DNA from: Sphagnum compactum
Taxonomy: Eukaryota
DNA: 64,000 bases
NCBI GenBank assembly: GCA_965153455.1
Contig: OZ234493.1
Coordinates: 17,040,213-17,104,212 of the forward strand
Direction: 5' to 3'
Below the pieces are notes generated by a model that was not told the origin of the DNA, searched no databases, and worked only from the letters and a program-made list of their open reading frames with translations. The position numbers were made by a program, and so were the translations under genes. This document shows, piece after piece, positions 1 to 12,220 of the stretch (positions within the stretch are counted from its first letter, which is position 1; each line of letters opens with the position of its first letter).

Positions 1-3000
1 TAACATCAAGTAAGGCTATGATCCTATATGATCCTAATTAGCCAATCTGATGTACTGCTGCATTTGTACAGAGTAGCTTTATGCTCCATCTATGCAGTGT
101 ACTGGATAATGCATGCTTTCCCTTGGAGCTTAAGCATGTATGCAAACTTGCAATGTAGAACTAGAACTACAACATCTGAAACATGAAGTTGAGATTTCAA
201 GCTATGTAGATAACATGCCCATATCCTCTTTCCCCTGGTTTTAATTTAATGTCTGAAAATGGAAATTTAACAACATCATGGAACTTCTTTTAAATGCAGA
301 TTCCAAACAATTTTTAGAGACATTTTTGACCTCCTCAAGCATGACCACCACTTTTATAATCAGGCCCAAACTGTCTTAAAACTCCTATATTGAAAAAATA
401 GTTCCACAAGTCAAAGAATGGTTCAAAAAGCTTCAAAATCTGTTCCTCAACAAACTATGAGTATCTTCCATGATGGCCGATGCACCTTTCTTGCACCTTC
501 AAGTTCACTTCTTTCACTCCATATCCTCTTGCCAATCTACCTTCTAAGAATTGCCACCATCATATCTCCATCATCATCCTTTCAATTTGAACACTCCATC
601 ACCACACTTAAGTGGTTTGTGGGGTAGCTTAAGATAAAGTTCCCCCTTGTCCCTAAATGAGGTGGATTGCCCTTTACTTAACCTCAGTTACATGTTTAGT
701 ATTTGTCATGCTTCTTATTCAATAGCTACAAAATTATTAGCAATGGCTTGCTTACCTCTTGGATAAGAAGACCATTGACATTGTCGTACTTATTATGTGA
801 CAAAACATTATTGCTAGATAGCAAATATGTTGTCACCTTCTCCTGGGCTTGTAAGCTTTGGAGAAAGAAGTGAGAATATCTTTCTTGAAATGAAAGTAAG
901 TTGAACACTTGATAAGGAATCATGTGTTGAACTTGAGTTCCAAGTGATGCTATTAATCAAGGAAAAAACATGTGGGAGTCAAGCAAAAACACTCTTAGGA
1001 TTCCTAACATGAATTTCCATTTTCAATGTTGGGATTCTTCAAGTGTGTTCAAAGTAATGTTGGAGAAATCAAACCTTGTTAGAATTAAGTGATTTTGAGA
1101 ATGTTGCCAAGATGTCTTGAGTTTGACAAGAGAGTGAACTTGTTTTGTGATGACTTGATTTTCGATAACTATGAGGTTTTGAGAAGTCATGTGACAAATT
1201 GTAAAGAAAAAATCTCTCTTTTTAAAGCTTAATTTGGGAGGGCAAATCATGTCCAATTGAGGAAGTTACATTACATTGGTTAACTTAATGGGTAAAAACA
1301 TTGTAAAGTAAATAACATGTGACAATTGTAGGACATTGAACGGAAAGTAGTCATAAAATAAGTTTTGATATATTATTCAGATTTAGAAATGTTATTTAGT
1401 TCAACAATCAATACGATTAGGTTTTTTGATTTTATTACATTCATATTGAAAACCTCCATGGTTAATATGCATTTAAATAGTTTTTTGAAAATTTAGGCAT
1501 ATGCATATATGTTTTTTTATATGAAGGAAGTTTCAAGTACATGAAGTATTGCATTTCATTTACAAGTTGATAGAGCCTTAAAATCATATTTATGTACTTT
1601 CAACTTTTGCATATTAAATTGGATACTTGCTCTGCAATGGTCGATTGGTTTGAAGCAAGAAGCTCTTGAGTTTCCACCAATTTTTGTATTTTTCCCTCTT
1701 GCATAATTTCGATAATTTTTGGCATTTGAAACAAATAATTTCTAATAAAATTGACATTTCCAAAATTTTTTTTACTGCCAGACCTGAAAAGGTACTACAC
1801 TACTAGTGCCAATATTAAGATCATGATGCTTATCCAAACAACAGAAATATCTACACTTAACAATGGGCAACATTGTGTAGTCCATATATAAGTGATGCTG
1901 AATTCCATAATACCATAGGATGAGGGCAGGTTCAACACACGTATGTTGAATAATTAATTGAATTTGAAGATTCCATGTCAAAAAAAAGAGACCATTCTCT
2001 TAGATTCTTTATTTTCCTTCACAAAATTTTGTTTCTTGAAAACAAACTTTTCAAGAAGGTACTAGTAAGTACTCTTCACAGCTCTAGGAAACTAGCTTTT
2101 GAATCTCATGAGCTAAATGGGCCTTTCCATCAAAACTTTTTGGTTGGCACACATCCTATGCTCTATGTATGTGGTTCCATATATTTCAGAAGTGACATGT
2201 AGTGTTGCAACCTGTAGTCTAGGAGTTTGGTTTGCATTGAAACACCCATGAATACACTGACAAAAGAGCTAGTGTGATACTCTCTTGATAACATATCTTT
2301 TTTTTGGTCCCACATGTGAGTGACAAGATATACATTCACACAGTACAGTTTTACTATATAGGAATTCTATAGTATAGTATACCTGTACCATATGCGTTGA
2401 GGACACAAATGAAACTTAACATGCAGTGGGCTACTAGCATTGGCCCATTGTTTATCCAACTCTTCATATTACAGGAGAAGAACTGCCTTTGCAGGAACCA
2501 TACACAAAAGAAGACCTGGTCCCATACCCTGGAAAACAGATCAAAATTTCTAAGGATCTTCAGGCCTGTGACAGCATCAAATCCTGACAAAGTATTTGAT
2601 GTGAAGATGCTTTCTGTGCCAAAAGTTAAGACCCTTTTGACATTTGCCAAATTTCAATCTTCAATACCCGGTACAAGAGCGGCTTCCACACATGTCTGCC
2701 GAATAATTAATAAAATTTGAAGATACCATGTCAAAGAATAAAATATTCCTGAATATACTGATATATATTCTCTATTTTCCTTCACAATTTTTTTTTGAAT
2801 GTCAACATTTTTACAACTGATTTAATTCATGTCGAAGCTGCCAAGGCACTATGGTATTAGCAACTGATACACAACTAACCCATTTTCAGGGGGGAAACCA
2901 CACACACATTGCAATGGCAAATTTCCATGATATTGTGTTTCCCTCCTTAATTTGCCATGATATTGTGTTTCCCTCCTTATGTCCGTGAGTGAGTGCACAT

Positions 3001-3071
3001 GCAAAAAAACTTTCCAGCTTGCTGGGACAACTAAGCATGATATATGAATTGATGACTTCAAGGGCTGACTT

Positions 3072-3935
3072 ATGTTCAAATGTTCCAGGAGAGTGGTGAT
3101 AAATCACAAACAAACATTGAATCCAAAGACTCTCAGTGGTAGGGTTTGCCCTGGTGTGGGGGCATTTGCAAAATAAGGAGCCTTTGACATGTTGGAAGCT
3201 GAGTTCTTAGAGTGGGAGCGATTTTATGCCTATAAGAGTACACGCATAAGATTCTTCACACTCTTAAGGAGTAGACATAATATCTCACCTCTTTATTAGG
3301 ATGAGTATGGATGGATATTAGGTGCTCGCCAAATAGACTTAGGAACTTCAAATCGCTATCCTTACCATTCACCTAACCCACTTTCTGCAGGAGCATCTAA
3401 AATGAAGTCGAGTAACCAAGCAACATTTCAGGAGTCTGTGGTCAGACATTTATTTTTGTGTGCCAACAAAGCTGTTACCAGTGTGGTCATTAAAAAACAT
3501 TTGCACCTGCATTTGCAATCCTCAACTCGTGACAATAGAGACCAACTAAATCCAACGTCAGGTCATGCAAGGTCCAGTTGGGAAAAGGTCCCTGCGACAA
3601 GGTCTACTGAAAAATCCTTTGTCAAAATCATGGGAGCCCACCCTTGATCATGTATGGGGGGCTCAGCTGACAAACTATCTGAGATGATGGGGTGGAGATG
3701 GCCTGAGTCCTGACATTGCATCTTAAGCTCTCTAATTCCACAACCTCTTTGCTGATCAGCATAATTAGGCCAGAATGAACCTTCAGCCACCAACATACCA
3801 TCCATTGGAAGCCTGTTATAACTTGTGACTCAGTTGTGGATGTTGCACCCCAACGGCATTGATGTTGGGTTTCACCTTGGTCCTGTCCTTTTGCTTGTCT
3901 CTACAGGATAGCTCTGGCAGCTAGGTAGGATTAAC
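3072..3935 (+). pseudogene. Decayed ORF of unknown origin
   Basis: Frame 3072-3647 (about 190 codons, includes track ORF 3402..3647) has only two internal stops and reads protein-like (LEAEFLEWERFYAYKSTRIRFFTLLRSRHNISPLY*DEYGWILGARQIDLG). A shifted frame continues to about 3935. No family recognised. Confidence 0.3.
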
Positions 3936-6900
3936 ACTATATAGTTGTTTCCTAATATAGATGCATATAGATGGATGGTTGGTGGATAAAGGTTTGTGGA
4001 TTGATAGTAAGTAGGTAGTTAAAACAGAAACTGAGCTAACCACCATGGTTAGCTAAAGAACTGGGACACTATGGAAAGGTGTTTCCTGTTCTTGTCCATC
4101 CATCCCTGATGGTGCTCTGGTTGCTGTTGGTTCAGTATAGTTGGACTAAACTCAATCACCAAACCTGCAGCACATTGGAGTCTGTATGAATAAGCAGCAT
4201 GTCAGTGATTGAGCTATGACTTAAGTCCTTTGTGTGTGTGGGTGTGTGTTTTTAATTTTTGCCTTACTTCCCTTCTGCAACATGTTTTCTTATTGTAATG
4301 GGGATCAGGTTTAGATCATGGCAAACATTGAAGAGCTCTACTTTTCTTCCCACAAGAATAATAAATTGTTCAAAAACCTAGCTCACTTCTGAAGGGCCTC
4401 TGGGTATGGGGGGTGGTATTCTGCTATTTTTTATATTTGTGTCCATACTCCATGTTTGAAAAACTTTTGAACCCATGCTTCTTCACATGATAGGTTATGA
4501 CTGGTGCTAAGAAATTAGCTACTTGGGATTGTGTGTCAGCCAGCCTAATGCAAATTCACAATTGGCACACATCATAGATCACATACTTATTGTGATTGAG
4601 GTATAATCTCCTCTTGGAATTGGACTCTGCTAGGACGGTCCTACTAATTTGGTCACAACTTAGTCCTGAATTATTACTACAACCTGACCCAAATTGAATC
4701 ATTGTTTTCATCTTATAAATTAAGGTTTACTTCATTAAGCGATATTTCTTTTGCAAACCTAATAGCTGATCATTCAAGCTAATAGATTAAGGTTAGTGGG
4801 TTGGCAAATGTTTCTTCAAAAAACAGGAAATTGTGATGGAATATTCTTTTTTCAAAATATTTTTCACAAAATGGTGATAATTCAGCACCAAAAAAAAATG
4901 CTTACTATTTTAAATTTTGATTTGCTTGGTTATTGATTTTTTGAATTTAGGAACGAAGTAAGTACTGAGCTAGTACGAAGCTTGTAAAATAATGGTCAAA
5001 TCAGATTTTCATAGCCGCACTTGGCAAAAAGGTTGTATTTGAAGTATACTCTATGCTATACATTTGATTTAAAATATAAGCAGCTGTATAAGTAGTATTG
5101 AAGCTAGTTTTGATACCCATGTGAAACCTGATTAGATAGGTATTTGTGGGGTCCTTGTGTACCAGTGTTTTTTTTTTTTTTTTTTCATATTTGGAAATTA
5201 GCCGTGGTGGCCCCTTCTGCAGTAGCTACCGTGGTCAAGTGGCTACTAGTCTAAAGTTGCAGGAGCTCTGATTGGCTGCTAGTTAATTTGGTGGGGGTGA
5301 ATATATGGACCCCACTCTAATTTGAAAATTGAAAAGCGTTTGGCTATTTAGGGATTATTTTTGTAGTTTTTATGGCAAGTATGCAATTGGATAGGTGCAG
5401 ATTTGGGCCATGTGAAATAAAATTTTCTCTAAATCTGGCAACTCCATGTGACATATAATGGACTTTTTGGGCGACCGAGCAAAATGTTTGGTGGAAATTG
5501 CAAATTGCAAATAATATGAGGTTTGTGAAACCAAGGACAAAACTTGCAAAACAAATTCAGACTCACACTAAAATCAAAACTAGATAGTTGAGGGGGAATT
5601 GAATCCCTAAACTTTGCCTTTCCAACTCAATTGACCTACTGAATCAAACCAAATTAGGCTACATTGATGTTGCTACAAAAATAAATGTAAAAAGAAACAA
5701 TAATAAGAGAATCAAAACATGTTGTCATCATGGAAACAAAAGGAATTAAGCTTGGAATTCATTAGACACAAGCAAAGCTAAAAAAAAATTGTTGTTACAA
5801 AAAATGGCAATGTAAATGCCCTACAACCACAAGTGTAAAACTACTACGAGAGCTTCCTCCACTTTAGAAGTTTTGTGGGCCTCACATAAGATGTTCATTG
5901 CACCTTAGCCTTCATAAAAATAATGGTGTCAAACACATTTCCATTACTCAATGCATTTTTCATAAGGGAAATTTTCTATACTATATAAATGTTGCGCAAA
6001 CATGCGCACAACCAATGGTAAATGAGTGGTGAGTTTGATGTGAAGCAAGAGTAGAAAAATAACGCTCATCCTCCACATTGCCAACTATTAGTACCATAGC
6101 TAGTTCAACCAATTTCACATATTTAAAGAAATTGGAAACAAGAATCCAAGATGTTGTCACAAGGTGCCACATCTTGGTTCAAAGGTTTGTGTAAAAGGGA
6201 GGGGCAATGTACTTGCTTTTGATGTCATAGTTAACTTGAACATGCCTTGTTGGCATTCAAGGTCATTTGCATCCAAGAGTTCAGGCACATGAACCTCCTT
6301 GTTGTTCACCTATTGAATCTTGCCATAACAAAAAAACTCTTTTAAGAACCTCAAGGTGTTTGCCAAATGACAAATGACAAATGACAATATGCTTGGAGCT
6401 AATATTGGGGATACACAATCCCAATTGGATGATAATGGCATGAGTTGGAAACTATGAGTTGGAAACTTAATATCCCGTTCATGAATAAGTCCTTTTGTAA
6501 CCTTTGCCAAAACATAACATATGGTAGCAAATGCATACAAATCTTCAAAATGTTAATTAGATTGCAAATTCAAAAAAGCTAAACATGTTAAACCTATTTT
6601 CCAACTTTTGCAACCCTTGCCAAAACACAAAAATAGATGACAACATTGCATTAAAACCTTATTTAAACAAGAATTGAAAAAAAACTAGAAGGGTAGCCAA
6701 GTGTACCTATGCATTGGTTCTTCATGAAAGACTCAACAATAAGAAATACATCTTTTATCACAAATGAAGTAATGATGGTCTCCAAATCCTGAAGCATAGC
6801 CCAAATGTGTTGGCCAAAATCCTCAAATGTCAAGTGCCAACCTTTAGTGTCAACATTTGGTACCCACTTCATCTAGAAACTTTCATGTTTGCATTTTAGC

Positions 6901-7170
6901 AAAGACTTGAAGACCCAAAAATTGTTTGTAAAATATTTTGGAGCTTTGATGACAATACATATTGAAAAGTTTAAATTGATAGAGCTTGATAGCTGCCACA
7001 AAGTCACAAACAAACACATCTTGCATTTGGGCAAACTTGATGAAAACATGAATGGATTCTAGCAAAATAGAATACATGCTAGCCCTAGTAGAGTTTGTAG
7101 GTCACACAAGTGCTCATAATTGAGCTTGACTTGGTGATTTGTAGGGTTATCCATAGTCCTTTTCATGAGG

Positions 7171-7735
7171 GCCACATTAACCTTGAATATCGAGAGCTAA
7201 ATTACCTAGATAGGAAAATGATGGCAAGATAAAGAAAAATATAAAGCAGCCAAGGTGCGAAAAGTGGCATTGAGTGTGCACGGCAAGGGAGCTGCAAATT
7301 AGCCACCAAGACTATAAAATTTTTGAGTTCGTCGGGGTAAAGTATATTAGATATGCAGACAATTTTCTAATTGGCGTCTTGAGGAGCAAGGCCACCATGC
7401 TCAAAATATTGGAGAGAGTGACATAATTTAAATGGTCGGAGGACCTAAAGTCGCAAATAAACGTAAGAAAAAACCAATTCAGTCACACAGTGTCCGACAA
7501 AATTCCGTTTGTTCCTGGTTTTTTTTTATGGGTGCCTAATCTAAAGTATATGCATGTGGTAAGTTCTACCTACATGAGGGCGGCCTTTAAAGAGAGGGCT
7601 CACGCTATGAGGCTTGAGTAAAGGCTAGAAAAGTGCTGAAGAAGTGTTGTTGCGCAGTTTCGAAGTGTTGGACCTTGGCATATGAAAAATGACATCAAGA
7701 GTTGGGTAAGGACAAAACCAAAGGATAGACTATCA
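7171..7735 (+). pseudogene. Group II intron maturase/reverse transcriptase fragment (probable NUMT)
   Basis: From 7322 the + strand reads FEFVGVKYIRYADNFLIGVLRSKATMLKILERVT*FKWSEDLKSQINVRKNQFSHTVSDKIPF. This matches group II intron RT subdomains 5-7 (YxRYADD-FLIGV-xGSK...L.lN..Kt.isH...i.FLG). It is preceded by HINLEYREL, resembling the NPEY segment. Boundaries are set by the flanking transposase sequence. Confidence 0.85.
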
Positions 7736-8305
7736 AAATGTTCCATATTCTGCCAAAACTTTTTTGGCAAGGTTCAACATCGAAATCCACCTAGTTTTCA
7801 CATTGTGCATAATTTTATTCCTTTTTGTTTCCATGACCTCAACAAGTTTTGTGAATTCCAAATGCCGCTTAGGGGAATGTGCAAAATATGCATGCAATGT
7901 TTATAACAAACTTTCAATGTGTTTCACCAAAGGTAAATCTGATAAGATTTGCACAACCAAATCTGTGTGATGTGCCATACAATGGATCCTAATGGAATAA
8001 AAACATGGTCATCAAAGATTTGCTTGGTGACACAAGATGGTTCTTTGAAATACATTGACACCATCAACCCCAAAGTTAATGAACTTAGTGGAAACCTAAT
8101 CTTGGCATTCCCCTTCCTACTGTTAATGTTTCCATGATCATTTTGGTAAAATTATCATTGCCAGATCCTTCCAACATTTGAACCAAAGAAATAAAAATAA
8201 GAATTCTTACCCAATTTTGTACAATGTAACAATGGATAAACAATCAAAATTGGTTATCCAATGTAGAAACTTCATCATAGTTAACATCAACATATTGTGT
8301 AATTA

Positions 8306-9228
8306 TGACACATTCCCAAACTCCTTGATAGATTCAACTTTGAATCCAAAAGTGAAAACAACAAAAGAAAAAAGAGTTGGGGTATGCTTTTTAGTTCATA
8401 GCACTTCGGGGGTAAGAGGGGTGTGTTAGAGCTTCAGGATGGGGACTAGGATGAGTGACAAGTGGGTCAATTATTCACATGGACCTGCACCCAAATCAAA
8501 CAACAAGTTGGTTAGTGCATAATGTTGGAACATTTTTGGTGCATGCATGAGCCACGAGCATACACGGATTCATAAGACTCACCACGGCTCGGACTTGGGG
8601 GAAGCCACCACCTTCCCTTTCATAGTATTCTCTATGCCTAGCCATGGGGGTTGCACCCAAATGTCATTTTGTCTCGGGATTCTCAAGTTGGGAGTCCAGA
8701 AATTTTCGAAATTAAGACTCCCAAGACTTTAGAGGCCCATAACATTTTTTCAAACCTCCGATTGAGGTGATTTCTAAAGCAAAGTTGTAGCCCTTGTTGA
8801 GATCTTTCCAAATATATGTGGCATGCCACCTGCACATAAGTAAATCAAGGTGATTCCTGATTTTTAGTGGTTGGGAGTCAAATTGGCATTTTGATTCCCA
8901 ACCCTTCTTTCAACCATAGCTTATGTTTTAAATATTCAAATGGGACATGCGAGCCCATTTTAGACATGTATGTTTCAAGATCTTTTCAATGGTATAATGA
9001 ACTCTTAAATCCAATTAGTTTTGACCCCTTAAATTTATCTTTGAAGATTCAAGAGTCCATTTGGGATTCCAACTCCCAAGTGGGAGCCCACTAGAGAGTG
9101 TGTGGGTCCATTCCCTCACACTCTTTTACATTCCCGTGAGCATAAAATGTGACTCCCAGGCTTCACTCTTGGCCCGCACCTTTGCAAGCCCTTGCCTTGG
9201 TCATGAGCCGAAGATTAAGGTCGTGACA
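8306..9228. mobile_element. Solo-LTR-like insertion (about 923 bp) nested in the hAT transposase
   Basis: Starts TG (TGACACATTCCC) and ends CA (GTCGTGACA). Flanks ATTA and ACTA look like a 4-bp TSD with 1 mismatch. The transposase frame rejoins across it (KVMVV/TQYVDVNYDEVSTLDN). No long ORF inside. Confidence 0.7.
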
Positions 9229-11109
9229 ACTACCATCACCTTTTTGGTTACCCTCAACATTTTTTGGTGCATAATCTCCACAATTTGCCAACCATAACTA
9301 TCGGTTTAGTGTTTTTTGTTGTTTCTTGGAACTATTCAAAACACAAACAATGACCTTAGTAAAGACTCATATTTTAACATGGGACAACCCTACTATAACA
9401 AATGTAAAACAATGGCCAATTGGACTACCTTGCGAACTTTCTTTCCTCCAATCTCGTTCATTACTTGTTGGGCAATTGTTCCACAAGATCAACTAGCAAG
9501 TTCTACAAGGTTTTTTCCATGATTACAACCCTTGTTGTAATACTAATCCCTTTTCTTCAGAGAACCCATGTCCATGTGTGCTTTTGTGCAACTTGCATGC
9601 TTACAAAGTGAATCCTATTTAGGAGTTGGTAGCTTGTCTTTGCCCGAGTCAATTTGATTATAGATTTTGCATTTAACAATATGCAAACAATCATTAGACC
9701 CCAAACACATTTCTGCCCATGACAATTTTGCAGCCCATGACTCTTGAAACTTTTGTGTGGAATCATAGTTCCTTTTTTTAGACACTGACATTTTTGGGGT
9801 GGGAAGCTCTATAACAAGATGCATCATTATGATATCATGATTGATTGGTTTTTTCCCCTTTGGATCAACAATAGAGAACTACTATAATGTGTTATGACAA
9901 AAAGAGGACAATCAACAACTTATATGAAGATAATTTTGCAAACTCATTTGTTTGATGCAGATTTTAGAATGCTAACAAAAACTTTTTATTAATTTTCTTG
10001 CTCCATCTTATGCAAATAAATGTAGGAATAGGGTACAAAAATTTCAAAGGTTGAAGGTACAAGTTGGCTTCACAAGCTGCAACAACACCAAATTCTAGAG
10101 ATAGATTACAATGCACACAATGATAACATTTTTGTCGAACTCAAAAAATCCAATGATTAATCATGAGCTACTTTCATGCACATAAATCTTCCATGGCCAA
10201 TTTGCAATGCAAGATGAACCTAAACACTTTTAGACTGAAGTAAATATGGAGACAAACAAGAAAGGATTAGAGTTATGAAGCCCAACATTGAAGTTCATTA
10301 CTCTTCAAATGCTTCACATAAATTTGCAAGCAAATTTGCAACCATGCAAGTTATAAAGCTACAAAACTTTGAATAAAAACTTGGCGAGGAAAAAGCCCAA
10401 GGATATGTAGAGTGCATTGCACAAATGAAGAAAACGGCAAAACTCCATTGCAACTTGTAGTGATATGGCGAAATACACAAACAAGCAGGAACGAGAAGTT
10501 GGTGAGTTTGGGAACAAAAGAATATATCAGAGATGGTAAGACTATTTTCATGGGTTTTGTGAACAGGTCTTTTTGGTGACTTCCATGTGTTGTTTGTCAC
10601 TTTCAAGGTTCTTGATTAAACAGGTTGGCAATGATCCATACTTAGCTTTAGTTTTTGGGGGTGATTTCAACCCTTTCTCATGATGCTTTTGGGTGCTATC
10701 AAATTTGGAGTGGCGACTTTTGGGAGAAAAAAACTTAAAATTTTACCCTAATTCCTTTGTACAAGTAGCTAAGTATTTTTTTAGGTCAGAAAATGTTGAT
10801 AAATCACCCAAAAAAAAACATTGTTGTGTACCCACTAAAAAATATATATAATAATTTTGTTCCCCCAAAATATAGGGGCATCCCAAAGCAAAGATTTTGG
10901 ATGACTATATTAGTGGATTTGTAACTAGAAATCCAAAAACCTAGATTCAAGATCTAGCATGAATTCTTTTATGAATACCTAATGTGGTCATTTTGAATGC
11001 CAAAGGAAGGTCCATGCTTGAGTCTTTTTTTTGGCTAACAAAACTTTGAATTCACCCTCAAGCAACACCTTCCTAGTTTCACATGAGTTCAATATGGTGA
11101 TCAATAAGT

Positions 11110-12220
11110 AAAAAAAACAACTGAAATGCATTGGGTTCAATGTAGTTGCAAGACAATGCCTACCAAGAAAATTACTATTATTATTATTACTTTGACTATA
11201 TTTGAAATATGATTAATGTTTTAATTATCTTTTTTACACAATATTTCCAAGCAAAAATAAATAATCTAAGAGTTAGAATCTCCCCTTTCAACCCAAAGCT
11301 TTACTAATTAATTTTTTTTAATACGCACAAAATTGATGAAAAAAAATCTTTAGACAATTTTTTCAAACTAGTTATTTTGGGGAAAAAAGACTTACCCTAG
11401 GAATAACATAGACAAGATAATAACCCTAATCATGTTCCTTGAGGACTATCTTGTTTAAGGAGAAAAGAATAAAATGGTAGTTCCAACCAAATTCCTTAAC
11501 AATTATTTTAAAAAGCAACTTCCTTTGGGGGAAAATCGACTTCCCTTGAGGAAAAGGGATAAATTACTAACCCGAACCAAATTTCCTAAGGATCAACTTT
11601 CATCAAAAGAAGCAGATTAAGTTGTTTTAAAGATAATAGGGACTTGATTTGTTTCAAATTTTGGTGAAGAAAGTGTAGGGGTAAGCTTGGTTCGAATCAA
11701 ACTTTTTTATATTGTTAAAAAGTTCTCAAAGCACATATATTGAAAATGAAGTTTTATTTTTGATTTGAAGTTATATGTTAATAATTATGGCAAAAAGGAA
11801 AGTTGGGTGTCAAATTGGTGGTCAATTCATTTTCATGGTAAATTGTTAATTTGACTTTTGGCTCTTCTTTTCACCATAAATTTTAGCTCATAGTTTTAAA
11901 TAAAAAATGCAAGAAAGTTCAAATTGAGAATTTTTTAAGGCAACTAGTTTGAAGAAGTTGCCTGAGGATTATTTTGTTTCCATCCATCTTGTTCATGGAA
12001 GAAAAAGATAATTTTGACAAAGAGTCAAAACTTAGACCTTTGGGTTGAAGGGGAGATTCTAACCATTGCATTATTTATTTTTCTTTGAAAATATTGTTCA
12101 AAATAGATAGTTAAAATGTTAATCATAGTTTAAGTATGGTCAAAAATTTCGGTTTTCTTGTCTCGTTGTGTATTGTCCTACAATTGTGTCAAGCTCGATG
12201 TCACATTTAAATTGTTCCTA
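11110..12220. mobile_element. Non-autonomous element with long diverged terminal inverted repeats (Mutator/foldback-like)
   Basis: About 11191-11298 (TTGACTATATTTGAAATATGATTAATG...GTTAGAATCTCCCCTTTCAACCCAAAG) is the diverged reverse complement of about 12038-12144 (CTTTGGGTTGAAGGGGAGATTCTAAC...TTAAGTATGGTCAAA). Weaker similarity extends outward. Exact ends and TSD not resolved. Confidence 0.6.

Larger units (their letters stand above)
5940..9830 (-). pseudogene. hAT (ZNF862-like) transposase pseudogene, split by two insertions
   Basis: Collinear minus-strand remnants: KFQESWAAKLSWAE..VKCKI (about 9700), YDEVSTLDNQ..IHCYIVQNW (about 8250), IHCMAHHTDLVVQ..HSPKRHLEF..NVKTRWISML (7750-7990), LMKRTMDNPTNHQVKLNYEHLCD (about 7100-7170), LAMVLIVGNVEDERYFSTL (dimerisation region, about 6050-6100). 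Many stops and frameshifts. Confidence 0.85.
5163..10823 (-). mobile_element. hAT-superfamily DNA transposon, full boundaries, decayed
   Basis: Terminal inverted repeats CAGTGTTTTTTTTT (5163) and AAAAAAAAACATTG (ends 10823), 1 mismatch. Perfect 8-bp target-site duplication TTGTGTAC at 5155-5162 and 10824-10831. Internal minus-strand transposase remnants. Confidence 0.9.

Noticed and set aside
7171..7735. An active retron, DGR or mobile group II intron
   Set aside because: Only a short internal RT fragment, with YADN, stops and frameshifts. No intron ends, domain V or accessory genes were seen.
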